A program made the translations under genes and the position numbers. A stretch of DNA of 64,000 nucleotides from Tolypothrix carrinoi HA7290-LM1 (GTDB lineage: Bacteria; Cyanobacteriota; Cyanobacteriia; Cyanobacteriales; Nostocaceae), in NCBI GenBank assembly GCA_019358935.1, contig JAHHIK010000001.1, positions 1-64,000 on the forward strand, given 5' to 3'. The notes under the pieces are model-generated. The model saw nothing but the letters and a program-made list of their open reading frames with translations. It was not told the DNA's origin and made no database searches. Shown here one piece after another: positions 42,933 through 53,200 of this stretch (position 1 is its first letter; the number at the start of each line of letters is the position of its first letter).

Positions 42933-44969
42933 TTAGCTTTTATCATCCCGTAAAAGTCGCCCTAAGACAAATGTGAATGGTGCAAGTCGAACTCGCATAC
43001 CATCTTCCACAAGATGGAATGCTCCACCCGATGTCGCGATCAGCAGATCAACTCCGGAGAACTCACCATACAAATTAGGAATCTTTAAAGCCTGCTCAAA
43101 TACTGGTCTAGGTCCAAGGTTCATAGCAATGAAGAGCGGCTGATCGACAGCCATACTATGAATAAGTACACACCAAAGACCATTTTTTCTAGAGAATAAT
43201 AAAGTGCGGGTTCCACTTTGAATTAGTTGGTTTTGAAACCTAATTTCCGCAAGCTGTTGAATCAGTATGAAGGTTGGGTGGTTTTTGTTATAGGGTTGGA
43301 AAGATTTTCGGTTAATCGGACCAAACTGCCAAACACACGCAGGGTTCTCAAACATGTCCTCCCGCACGTAGCAATCATGACCAATCCATTCTCCTGTATC
43401 CTCTCGTTGATGCATCCCTAAAGCACCAGAAAACTCTTGCTCGGTTCCTTGATAGATAGAAGGTATTTGAGGTCCAAGAATCAAGCAGGCAAGAGCAAAG
43501 TGCAGATAGACTTTAGCATCGTCTTGGCTTGGTATGCGACTTAAGAACTCATGGAATATTCTAGTTGTGTCTTGGTTTTCGAGGAACATAATATTGTTCC
43601 TCCAACCAGCATAATATGAGTGTGATGGAGCCAGAAAACCACAAAAATAATCTGCCAAACCCCCTAACCAACTTTGATCTGCAAGAGAGTACTTGACGGC
43701 GGTATAATAAGTTGGGTAGTCTATCATATTCGAGAATTTGGCATCATTGTAGGCAATTAATTCTTCGTGAGTGCTTCCAGCGTGTTCGGCTATTTGCAGA
43801 AACTGCTTTTTCCCAAGATAGGTGGTATATCTTGATATCTCTTCAACGCAAGGCTTCCAGAAGTCAACACCAACGTGACGTGCGGAATCGTATCGAAAGC
43901 CATCAATGTCCGTTTCCGCAATCCAGTATTTGAGATGGTTAATTAGCAACTCGCGGACGTAGCTTGTCTCTGTTCGCCAATCTTCCAAGAAGCCAAACAG
44001 TCTTTGATTCACCATATCAGTGTATTCCGGACCGTGGAAGAGTGATGTGTTACGTGCTTCTACGGGAAAAGGCATGACTGTAGTATCATCACCTTGCAAG
44101 TATTTAAATTCCCCTCCAGTCGGACCACCATACTGTTCCCAGTTAATACTATCTGTGATATGATTGTTGACAACATCTAAAATAACAGCGATATCAGCTT
44201 CATGAGCTTTCGCGACAAGCTCGCGCAGACACATAAGTGTACCCAGACGTGGATCGACCATCAATAGGTGAATTGGATGATAGCCATGATAGCCGTCAGC
44301 AGCGTTGACATACACGGGGCTGAGGATAATTGCTCTTATTCCCAATGACTTCAGGTATTGTATCTGCTCAGTAACGCCACGAATTGTCCCACCGTGGCTT
44401 GCATATGGGTCAGAAGGATTATACCTGACTGCGCCTATATCGGTGCGATCGCTGTTATCACTTCGGGCAAATCTATCGATGATTATAGAGTAAAACAGAC
44501 GTGCGTCCCAATCCGGGGGGCTGGATGTCATTTCAACCTGTGGTATTGGTCCATACAGAGGTTGGTTGTTAACAAACCCAAGAAACACTGATTGAATTTC
44601 AGCCATTGACCGAGGTGATGTATCGCAGACAAGAAGAAAACGCGATCGCACACTTGTATGCTCCGAACCTAACATATCAACATAACCCAGGCTATATCGA
44701 TATCCACCCCCGCTACTGATAGGTGGTAGGGTGAGTGAAAACATTTTGAACCCATTTTCGATAATGCCTTCAGTATGTGCCGTAATTCGACCTGAATCGC
44801 AATATCCTTGTCCATCATTCAACTCATAAGCTATTTGCCCAAAATCTGGATCTTTTGATAAGCTAATACCAAACTTGATGCAGATTTTCTCATCACTCCT
44901 AAACACCCAAGTAAATGGTGCAATGTTCGGTTCAAGATGTACTTCACAGTATTCTTCAAAATAGCGCAT
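42933..44969 (-). CDS. GH13 alpha-amylase-family protein (HasB-like)
   Basis: IDRFA, YHGYHP, LDVVNNH, DGFRYDSARH and FLENQD motifs. Confidence 0.88.
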   Translation of the reverse strand: MRYFEEYCEVHLEPNIAPFTWVFRSDEKICIKFGISLSKDPDFGQIAYELNDGQGYCDSGRITAHTEGIIENGFKMFSLTLPPISSGGGYRYSLGYVDMLGSEHTSVRSRFLLVCDTSPRSMAEIQSVFLGFVNNQPLYGPIPQVEMTSSPPDWDARLFYSIIIDRFARSDNSDRTDIGAVRYNPSDPYASHGGTIRGVTEQIQYLKSLGIRAIILSPVYVNAADGYHGYHPIHLLMVDPRLGTLMCLRELVAKAHEADIAVILDVVNNHITDSINWEQYGGPTGGEFKYLQGDDTTVMPFPVEARNTSLFHGPEYTDMVNQRLFGFLEDWRTETSYVRELLINHLKYWIAETDIDGFRYDSARHVGVDFWKPCVEEISRYTTYLGKKQFLQIAEHAGSTHEELIAYNDAKFSNMIDYPTYYTAVKYSLADQSWLGGLADYFCGFLAPSHSYYAGWRNNIMFLENQDTTRIFHEFLSRIPSQDDAKVYLHFALACLILGPQIPSIYQGTEQEFSGALGMHQREDTGEWIGHDCYVREDMFENPACVWQFGPINRKSFQPYNKNHPTFILIQQLAEIRFQNQLIQSGTRTLLFSRKNGLWCVLIHSMAVDQPLFIAMNLGPRPVFEQALKIPNLYGEFSGVDLLIATSGGAFHLVEDGMRVRLAPFTFVLGRLLRDDKS

Positions 44970-46417
44970 ATGTTTTTTCTCCCAATAAACAAAGAAAATC
45001 AGTTGATAATCAGGTTATGGTGATGGAATTAGCGATTTATGAATCACAATTCATTTGTAGTGATTTTACTAATAGAGGGAAGCAATAGCAAGAGATTAAA
45101 TTGTATTTAAGTCGAAAACGATGAAAAAAAGTTACAAAAAACCAGGGCTATTTCATTTTCAAATGTCACTTTTTATGGTAGGGAGTTAATTATCCCAAAA
45201 TGGGCATTTTTAAGGGGTGGTTTCGATTGTTAAATTTTTGCTTTTCACGAATATTTTCGGTAAACCCACGCCTAAAAATATAATGAAATAGCCCTGTACA
45301 AAATACGCTTTAGTACTTAAGCTTATCCGCAACAATAAACCGATTCTACGTTATGCTGAGTAAATTACATGCTGTGGCAGCATTCGCGACAGTAAATAAC
45401 TAAAGCGTTCACAAAATTTCAACGCCAATTACATCAAGGAGAACCGAATGACTACCGGAGCTACCATAATACCTGTTGAGCAGATCATGCGAGATGCGAC
45501 AAATTTAGCGGAGCAAGAATATACTGAGGTTACACCCGCCGCAGAATTACCAAAACAATCCAATGTCTTAGGGTCAGCTCCGCAAATCCTACATAAGTTA
45601 GGAGAAAACATCCTAAAATGGACAATACCCGAAGAGCTATCTGTAGTTGAGAACTCCCTCTCACTAATGCCCCTGGCTCAGAGACTTTTTCTCTGGTCTT
45701 TCGTCTACGGTATTGGACCCAAACGCTATTTGGAAATAGGAACAGATGCTGGCGGATCAGCTATGATCGTCAAAAGTGCGATCGTAGCCCTGGGGTTGGA
45801 CGATTTTCGTGGCGTTTGCATCGATCCTGAATTTAAGCTGGTTCAAACAACGCGCGACTATTTGGGTGAACAATTTACCTACATCGAACAGAAGAATTCG
45901 CCGGAGGCAATGATTGAAGCGGCTCGGCTGGCAGGACCTTTCGACTTAATTCTGGTTGATGGAGACCATACCTACGATCATGCCCTGATTGATATTATGC
46001 TCGCTATACCTTATCTTAGTCGCGGTGGGTACATTTTGATTGACGATGCTGCCCACGCCCAAGTTCGTGATGCCATCAGCTATGTAATTGAGAATTGCCG
46101 ATTGATTGACTGTGGTTTTATGTGTCGTCACACAATATTATACGAAGTATCGATCCCATCTGGTGTATGGCAAGGAGAAAATATGCGTACAGGAGGGCTA
46201 TATCTGCTGCGTAAGCCATTGTAATTCAAGGTGGGGTGCTTTTAGGCGATCGCGCTTCAGCACCCTTGATTTAAATCAAGAACTAATTAATTTATCAGTT
46301 TCTCAGCTTCATAATCCAAGGTATTAGCAGATTTTCTCATCACTCCTAAACACCCAAGTAAATGGTGCAATGTTCGGTTCAAGATGTACTTCACAGTATT
46401 CCTCAAAGTAGCGCATA
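44880..46417. repeat. 91-bp direct repeat of the GH13 gene 5' end
   Basis: 44880-44970 versus 46327-46417, two mismatches. Confidence 0.92.
45448..46224 (+). CDS. Class I SAM methyltransferase (Methyltransf_24-like)
   Basis: YLEIGTDAGGS, FDLILVDGDHTY and GGYILIDD motifs. Confidence 0.85.
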   Translation: MTTGATIIPVEQIMRDATNLAEQEYTEVTPAAELPKQSNVLGSAPQILHKLGENILKWTIPEELSVVENSLSLMPLAQRLFLWSFVYGIGPKRYLEIGTDAGGSAMIVKSAIVALGLDDFRGVCIDPEFKLVQTTRDYLGEQFTYIEQKNSPEAMIEAARLAGPFDLILVDGDHTYDHALIDIMLAIPYLSRGGYILIDDAAHAQVRDAISYVIENCRLIDCGFMCRHTILYEVSIPSGVWQGENMRTGGLYLLRKPL

Positions 46418-46453
46418 AAGTGGTTCTACAAATAATTGAAAATATAATACCAA

Positions 46454-46700
46454 TGGGGAAAAGGGGAAAGGGGAAAAGGGGAAAGGGGAGGCAGTGCGGT
46501 CTTGGTGTCGGACCTGCGTGGAGCATCTGCCTATGATTGGGAAAAGGGAAAAGGGAAAAGGGGAAAGAATTATTACCAATGACGGCAGGTGCTTCAACGC
46601 TCTTAACCCGCGCAACCCACAGCCAAACCTATGCCCCATGCCCAATGCCCCATGCCCCATGCCCCATGCCCAATTCCCCATGCCCAATTACCCATTATCA
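46454..46700. repeat. STRR heptamer runs (GGGGAAA)n and (TGCCCCA)n
   Basis: Runs at about 46454-46490, 46539-46566 and 46631-46700. Confidence 0.85.
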
Positions 46701-46701
46701 A

Positions 46702-48090
46702 TTACCCCTTTTTAAAGGGTGTCAACTCAGGTGGGGGGATCTGATCCGAATCGTATTGCGTCAGATTTTCCCTACCAGCAGCCAACAATTCCTCATCAAA
46801 TTGCTGATAGGAAAAATAATAGTAGAAGCCGATTGATATGAGTAAAAATAGCAGCCCTTCTAGAATCATCAAAAAACCAATTCCACGCCCTGGACCCGTT
46901 CCAATCAATTTTCCAACAGTGCTAGCAAGCACCCCCTCATCGGATAGCATAGGTTCCAAGATTCTGTCAGTTAGTGGGCTGGCACTGATATTACCAAAAG
47001 CCAACCCCAAGCCTGTCACAGCGTAGAACAATGAGAGAACACGTCCCTGAACGTTTGGGTGTACGCTATTTTGCCAAATTGTATTATTAGTACTTAGAAT
47101 AATGGGTAAGGTTAAAAACGAGAGAAAAATGCCACAGGCTATTAAGGGGATAGAGGGTTTTATTCCAGCGATTACTATACCTATCCCATTCAATGCCGAA
47201 AATATAAACAGAGCAGAGATATATTTTGTCCCTCCTCCCCAGATACTCATAAAGGTGCTACCAACAATCATTCCAGCCCCAGCAATTGACATTATAGTCC
47301 CATATGTCGCAGCATCCGAAAAGGATAATATCAGCGGATTAATCAAGACGGTGGTTATCCCATTCACAAAAAAATAAATTGTCATGAATGCCAGTAGGGT
47401 TAGCAAAACAGGGCGAGATGAAATGTTTTCCCAGCCGTAAATAATGTCATTGATGATACTAGTAATTCCCTCACCCGATGTTGTGCTCTTTTCTGGCTGA
47501 GGAATCTGAATAAATAGTAGCGTTAACACTGCAATCATATTGGTAGATAAATCAATCAGCAGCAAACCCTGAAGTTGTATAGTGGCGATGAGTACACCTG
47601 CCAAGACTGGTGCAGCAAGCTGTCCTACCGCTGTGCTAAACTGAATTAAGCCATTGGCTCTCCCCATCTGATTCCTCTTAACCATCATGGGTAAAGCAGC
47701 TGACTTTGCAGTCATTTGAAAAGAACCGCACAATGAGGTTAAAAATGCAGAGATATAGGTATGCCAGAGTTGCAGATTATGAGATTGTAGCAATAAGACG
47801 AGTGTTATTGTGACAAAAGCCACAATTATATTATTGAAAATAATTATCCATTTTCGATTCCACCGATCTACTAATGCACCAACGAAGGGGGTGATTAATA
47901 CACCAGGTAAGGTTGTAAAAAATAGAACCAGGCTTACTTGTGTAACGGCGTGACTGTTCTGATAGACCCAGATACTTAAACCAAATCCTGTCAAGCGGGT
48001 TCCGACTTCAGCCGGAGACTGCCCAAGCCAGAAGATAATAAAGCTACGGAATTCACGAATTAGTTCAAGTACTTGACTTAGATATTTCAT
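46702..48090 (-). CDS. MFS transporter (HasK/HasZ-like)
   Basis: GALVDRWNRK, QGRVLS and GPGRGIG motifs; paralogue of 41583-42866. Confidence 0.9.
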   Translation of the reverse strand: MKYLSQVLELIREFRSFIIFWLGQSPAEVGTRLTGFGLSIWVYQNSHAVTQVSLVLFFTTLPGVLITPFVGALVDRWNRKWIIIFNNIIVAFVTITLVLLLQSHNLQLWHTYISAFLTSLCGSFQMTAKSAALPMMVKRNQMGRANGLIQFSTAVGQLAAPVLAGVLIATIQLQGLLLIDLSTNMIAVLTLLFIQIPQPEKSTTSGEGITSIINDIIYGWENISSRPVLLTLLAFMTIYFFVNGITTVLINPLILSFSDAATYGTIMSIAGAGMIVGSTFMSIWGGGTKYISALFIFSALNGIGIVIAGIKPSIPLIACGIFLSFLTLPIILSTNNTIWQNSVHPNVQGRVLSLFYAVTGLGLAFGNISASPLTDRILEPMLSDEGVLASTVGKLIGTGPGRGIGFLMILEGLLFLLISIGFYYYFSYQQFDEELLAAGRENLTQYDSDQIPPPELTPFKKG

Positions 48091-48167
48091 AATTCAGTTG
48101 AATAATTGGTGAGAATATTAAAAGTGGAGGTAAATAATAAATATTCAGTTTGGCATGTTTATAAATG

Positions 48168-49022
48168 TTATACAACTCCTAATTTTAAAGCTCTCTTCAT
48201 AATAGCGGGTATTTGTGCTGCCAATCGCCTACCTGGAAAAGTAAAAAATTGGCTTATAGGTGGCTTAGACCAGAAATTTACAGAAATATTTAGCTTGTTA
48301 TTTGAATTTTCCAGCGAGTATACTTGATGCCACCAAAAAACAGGAATAAATAAAATTTCACCTGCTTCGATAACACACTCCAAATATTTAGCTTTGGGAA
48401 AGTTGGGAAATTTATCAAAATCAAGTTTATCGATATTAATTTGGCTCATGTGCGGGATTTTTGAATTAGCGGGGAAAGGATATAGTGAAGAAGTTTGTTG
48501 GGGATTAAATAGTAAAAAACGTTTTCGACCGCTAACTTGAGCAAATAAGTTATCCATTGCATCGTAATGCAGCGGGGAAATGTTGCCCCCAGAACCAATC
48601 CAAATGGTCGGATCGGTCAAGAGCTTTTTATCGAAATATTCTGGTAACTCAATATCCGAAAATATCTCTGGAAAATTTGCGGGAATTGACTGTTGTTGGA
48701 GATAATAGTAATTATCGGTTGACTTCTCTTTTTGCAGCAGGTTGATGAACTCGATGAAGTTCATTTTTTGTCTCAATTTGGCAAACCCATTTTCTTGATT
48801 GCCGGTGAAGAGACTGTTTTGGGAAACACTAATATCAACTTGTGTATTGCCGATGACGGTGTTAAGATAATCCGCTGTCCACAAAGAGAGCGCATTCCAA
48901 CTCTTCATTGCCCCAGTGATAATGACGGGTTTTCTCGGAGAGAGAAAGTTTTGAAATACTTCTCTCGTCGGTTGTTCAATCCGTTCAATTTGGCTGACTG
49001 CGGTTAAGTCATTTTTTAGCAT
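48168..49022 (-). CDS. JmjC/cupin-8 Fe(II)/2-oxoglutarate hydroxylase
   Basis: PLHYD...NLFAQVSGRKRF...GEILFIPVFWWHQV...SVNFW with the HxD...H triad. Confidence 0.9.
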   Translation of the reverse strand: MLKNDLTAVSQIERIEQPTREVFQNFLSPRKPVIITGAMKSWNALSLWTADYLNTVIGNTQVDISVSQNSLFTGNQENGFAKLRQKMNFIEFINLLQKEKSTDNYYYLQQQSIPANFPEIFSDIELPEYFDKKLLTDPTIWIGSGGNISPLHYDAMDNLFAQVSGRKRFLLFNPQQTSSLYPFPANSKIPHMSQINIDKLDFDKFPNFPKAKYLECVIEAGEILFIPVFWWHQVYSLENSNNKLNISVNFWSKPPISQFFTFPGRRLAAQIPAIMKRALKLGVV

Positions 49023-49145
49023 GAAAAATTTTTGTTGGAATTAGTCAGATTCAGTTTATAATACGCTTAGTAAATTCGTAATGAATTAAACGCACTCGTT
49101 TCGCAGAGTTTCACTACGAATATGGTGAAATGTAGTTAGTTACTG

Positions 49146-50210
49146 CTATTTTTGATTGAGTGTGAATTTATCTGACCAGGCAGCAACAATTTCTGAAAAT
49201 ATTGATTCTAATGGTTTGGTGATAGACCAATTAGGATAATGCTTTTTGATTTTACGTAAATCACTATAATAACATATATGATCTCCTTCCCGATTTGTTT
49301 CTATATACTCATACACCATTTTTTTGTTAGTTAATGATGCAACGATATCAAAAGCTTCTAATATCGAACAGGTATTTTCTTGTCCACCTCCTAAATTATA
49401 AACTTCACAACTGCGGGGTGCGGCTAGAAATTCCTCGATAAAGCGGGCAACATCATAAGAGTGAATATTGTCCCGCACTTGTTTGCCTTTGTAACCAAAC
49501 ACTTTATAAGTGCGACCTTCTAAATTACATTTGACTAAGTAGCTGAGAAATCCGTGCAGTTCAACACCAGCATGATTTGGACCTGTCAAACATCCTCCGC
49601 GCAAACAGCAGGTTTTTAGCCCAAAATAGCGACCGTATTCTTGAACCATAATATCGGCAGCAACTTTAGAAGCACCGAAAAGAGAATGTTTTGATTGGTC
49701 GATGCGACACGATTCGGGGATACCGTGCTTATAGGCAGGATCGGCATAATCCCAACGAGTTTTTAATTCTGTCATCGGAATTTCATTAGGTACATCTCCA
49801 TACACTTTGTTGGTAGACATATGCACAAACGGAGCTTTTGGGGCAAATTGGCGAGTTGCTTCTAAAAGATTCAGCGTCCCTACAGCATTGATATCAAAAT
49901 CATCAAAGGGAATCGCTGCCGCAAGGTCGTGGCTGGGTTGTGCTGCTGTATGCACGATCGCATCAGGTCTAAGGCTGTCTATTAAGTCTAGTATGCCCGG
50001 GCGATCGCGTACATCTATCTCGTGATGGACAAAACCTTTAATTTGAGTTTCTAAGCGTTTTTGTTGAGAGCGAGTATCTCCTTGAGAGCCAAAGAATATT
50101 GCTCTTTGATTATTATCAATGCCGTGAATTGCCCAACCTTGATTGGCAAAATATAGGCAAACTTCGGAACCTATTAATCCTGACGATCCAGTTACAAGTA
50201 ATTTCTTCAT
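49146..50210 (-). CDS. NAD-dependent sugar epimerase/dehydratase (HasP-like)
   Basis: [23 protein letters not shown] and FGASK motifs; 1 bp downstream of the NRPS stop. Confidence 0.9.
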   Translation of the reverse strand: MKKLLVTGSSGLIGSEVCLYFANQGWAIHGIDNNQRAIFFGSQGDTRSQQKRLETQIKGFVHHEIDVRDRPGILDLIDSLRPDAIVHTAAQPSHDLAAAIPFDDFDINAVGTLNLLEATRQFAPKAPFVHMSTNKVYGDVPNEIPMTELKTRWDYADPAYKHGIPESCRIDQSKHSLFGASKVAADIMVQEYGRYFGLKTCCLRGGCLTGPNHAGVELHGFLSYLVKCNLEGRTYKVFGYKGKQVRDNIHSYDVARFIEEFLAAPRSCEVYNLGGGQENTCSILEAFDIVASLTNKKMVYEYIETNREGDHICYYSDLRKIKKHYPNWSITKPLESIFSEIVAAWSDKFTLNQK

Positions 50211-50211
50211 C

Positions 50212-53200
50212 TTATTTGCGCTTTTCTTGAAGCAATCTGGCTTTTTCTTCTGGTGTCATCTGTTTTAAGCGTAAAAATGCTTTGGCTATCTTAAGGGTGC
50301 GTCCTTCTAAAGTTTCTCGCGTCACTAGAAGTTGTGCCATTTTCTCAATCGTTACGGTATCAAAAAGTTCCCGTAATGCTAGGTCGATGGAAAATACTTT
50401 TCTAATTCGAGCATGAACTTGGGCAGCTAAAAGTGAGTGTCCCCCAAGTTCAAAAAAGTTGTTTGTTACTCCCACTCTTTCGACTGGCAAAAGTTCCTGC
50501 CAAATATAAGTTAATGCTTCTTCAATCGGATTTCTCGGCGCTGTATAATCAAGGTCGTTTTGTTGAGATGGTGCAGGCAATGCACGCCGATCTATTTTAT
50601 TATTGAGTGTCAGAGGCATGGCATCAAGAAATACCCAAGCGGACGGCAGCATATAATCGGGAAGTTTTGTTAACATATATGAACCAAGAGCTTCTAAAGT
50701 GGGTTTTTCGGCATCAGATTTGACTACCAAATAAGCAACGAGCTTTTTATCGACTTGAGTATCCCCAATAACTTGGACAATTGCTTGCGCGATCGCTGGA
50801 TGACTTTCGAGAACAACTTCGATTTCTCCCAGTTCGATGCGGAAACCGCGTATTTTGACTTGGTAATCGGAACGTCCCAAAAACTCGATTTCGCCATTTG
50901 GCAACCAACGCGCCAAATCTCCGGTACGATAAAGACGTTCACCTGGTTCTTTTGAAAAAGGGTGGGGAACAAATCGTTCTGCTGTCAGCGCAGCTTTTTG
51001 CCGATAACCGCGTGCTAGTCCCATTCCCCCGATAAACAACTCTCCGATAATTCCTTCGGGAACGGGATTACCAGCATTATCGAGAATATATATAGATGTG
51101 TTGGCAATTTCCCGACCGATAGAAAGTGCATCTTCTTTTTGCTTAATTTTTTTAACGGCAGACCAAATTGTAGTTTCCGTTGGTCCGTAAACATTCCACA
51201 AATCAACTTTATCGAGGAGAGACGCTGCTAACTCAACTGGCATCGCTTCCCCACCGCAGAGAGCGCAAAAAGAATTGTTTGGTTTCCAACCCGCTGTTAA
51301 AAGCAATCTCCAGGTTGTTGGAGTTGCTTGCATCACCGTTGCTTGCGATTCTTGCAACAATTGCGCTAACTTAAATCCATCCCGCGTTGTTTCTTTGTCT
51401 GCCACAACTAACATAGCACCGCTAATTAATGGCAAAAATAGCTCTAGTCCAGCAATGTCAAAAGAAAGTGTGGTGACTGCAACGAGTGTATCAGCAGCAG
51501 TAATTTGCAGTTTTTCGCGGAAACTAAGGAGGAAATTAACCACAGACTGATGCTGAATTTGTACTCCCTTGGGTCGTCCGGTGGAACCAGAGGTATAAAT
51601 AACGTAAGCTAATTGGTTATTTTCAGTGGAAATAGGCGGTGCTGTATCTGATTGTTGCGAGACTGCATCTAGTAGCAGAAGGGTTGCTGACGATTGCGTA
51701 AATTCAGCAGCGAATTTCTCTTCTGTAACAATAATGGCAGCACCGCTATCAGCAAGCATCCATTCGAGGCGATCGCGCGGAAAGCCAGGATCGAGCGGTA
51801 AATAGGCTGCACCCGCTTTCATAATACCTAAAAGCGCGATCGGCAAATCGGCGTGGCGATCGAGGCAAACTGCTATTAATGTTTCCCGTGTGACACCAAG
51901 TTGCAGTAGTGCGCGTGCCATTTGGTTGGATTTGCGTTCTAATTCCTCATAGGTTAGCCAATTCGCACCGCTCTTAACTGCTGGTGCATCAGGAGTAGAG
52001 TGTGCTTGCTGACTAAATAATTCATGTACGGTGATTTCGGGATAAGCTGTTTGCAGATAGTTTCGTTCGGCGATCGGCAAATTAATTTCACCGATAAATT
52101 GCGGTTCTTCGACAAATTTTGTCAAAATTTGCGTCAGATGTTGAATTGCCCCACCAACATTGTTTTGAGAAGCAATTTTCAGGGTTAAATCTTCTCCTGG
52201 CAAGACGTAGAGACTGACGGGATAATTATTTTTTTCTAGAGATTGCACCGAATGTATCGCTAATTCCCCAGGATTTTGCCGCAGACTTTCTTCTACCGGA
52301 TAATTCTCGTAAACCACGATGGATTCAAACAACGGTTCTCCTCTCTTAATGTCGCTCCATCCTTGAATATCTACCAAACGACTGAATGAATATTCATTGA
52401 TGGAAGAGAGGCGATCGCGCAGTGAACGCAACCATTGTTTAAAAGGCGTTGCCGAATTCAATTTCACACGCAAGGGCAAAGTGTTAATAAATAGACCCAC
52501 CATCTCTGCAAAACCCGATAATTCCGGCACACGTCCCGACACGGTGACACCGAAAACTACTTCATCAGAGTTGCTATATCGACTCAAGAGGATGCTCCAA
52601 GCGGCTTGAATCAGGGTATTTAACGTTATTTGATTTCTTTGGGCAAATGTCTTTAGTTGAGCGTAAATCTCATTGTTGAGGGTAGTTTGGCTTTGATAAT
52701 CGGACACCTCTGTTGAGGATTTTGTTAAATTTAAACTAGTGGCTGACTGCAAACCGTTCAATTCTTGCCGCCAGAAAGCTTCTGCTGAGGCAGATTCTTT
52801 TTGCTGCAACCAAGCAATAAAATCGCGGTAAACGGGTGGTTGGGGCAAATTTGGGCGCTGTTTATCAGATTGGTAAAAGGCGATCGCATCACGGAAAACT
52901 AGCGGTAAAGACCAACCATCTAAAAGTATATGATGGTGAGTCCAGAGAAATTGCCATTTCTCTTCTTGGGTTCTCACTAAAGTCATCCGCATCAATAAAG
53001 GTGTTTCTGTGGAAAAGCTTTGTTTGCGGTCTGTTTCTAACAGAATTGACCATTTTTTCGCTACTTCATCAGCATCGTACTCGCGCCAATCTTCGCAGAC
53101 AAAAGGCAAATTTACGCGGCTATGAATTCGCTGCAACGGTCGGGGTAAATCGCCCAAAACAAATGTTGCCCGCAGACTGGGATGGCGGTTTATACAGCAT

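Noticed and set aside
46287..46836. Several small ORFs on both strands
   Set aside because: They are translations of STRR heptamer runs and the duplicated GH13 start.
50212..50500. Truncated NRPS because it lacks a thioesterase
   Set aside because: An internal subunit ending in a T domain is expected; the terminating NRPS would lie outside the window.
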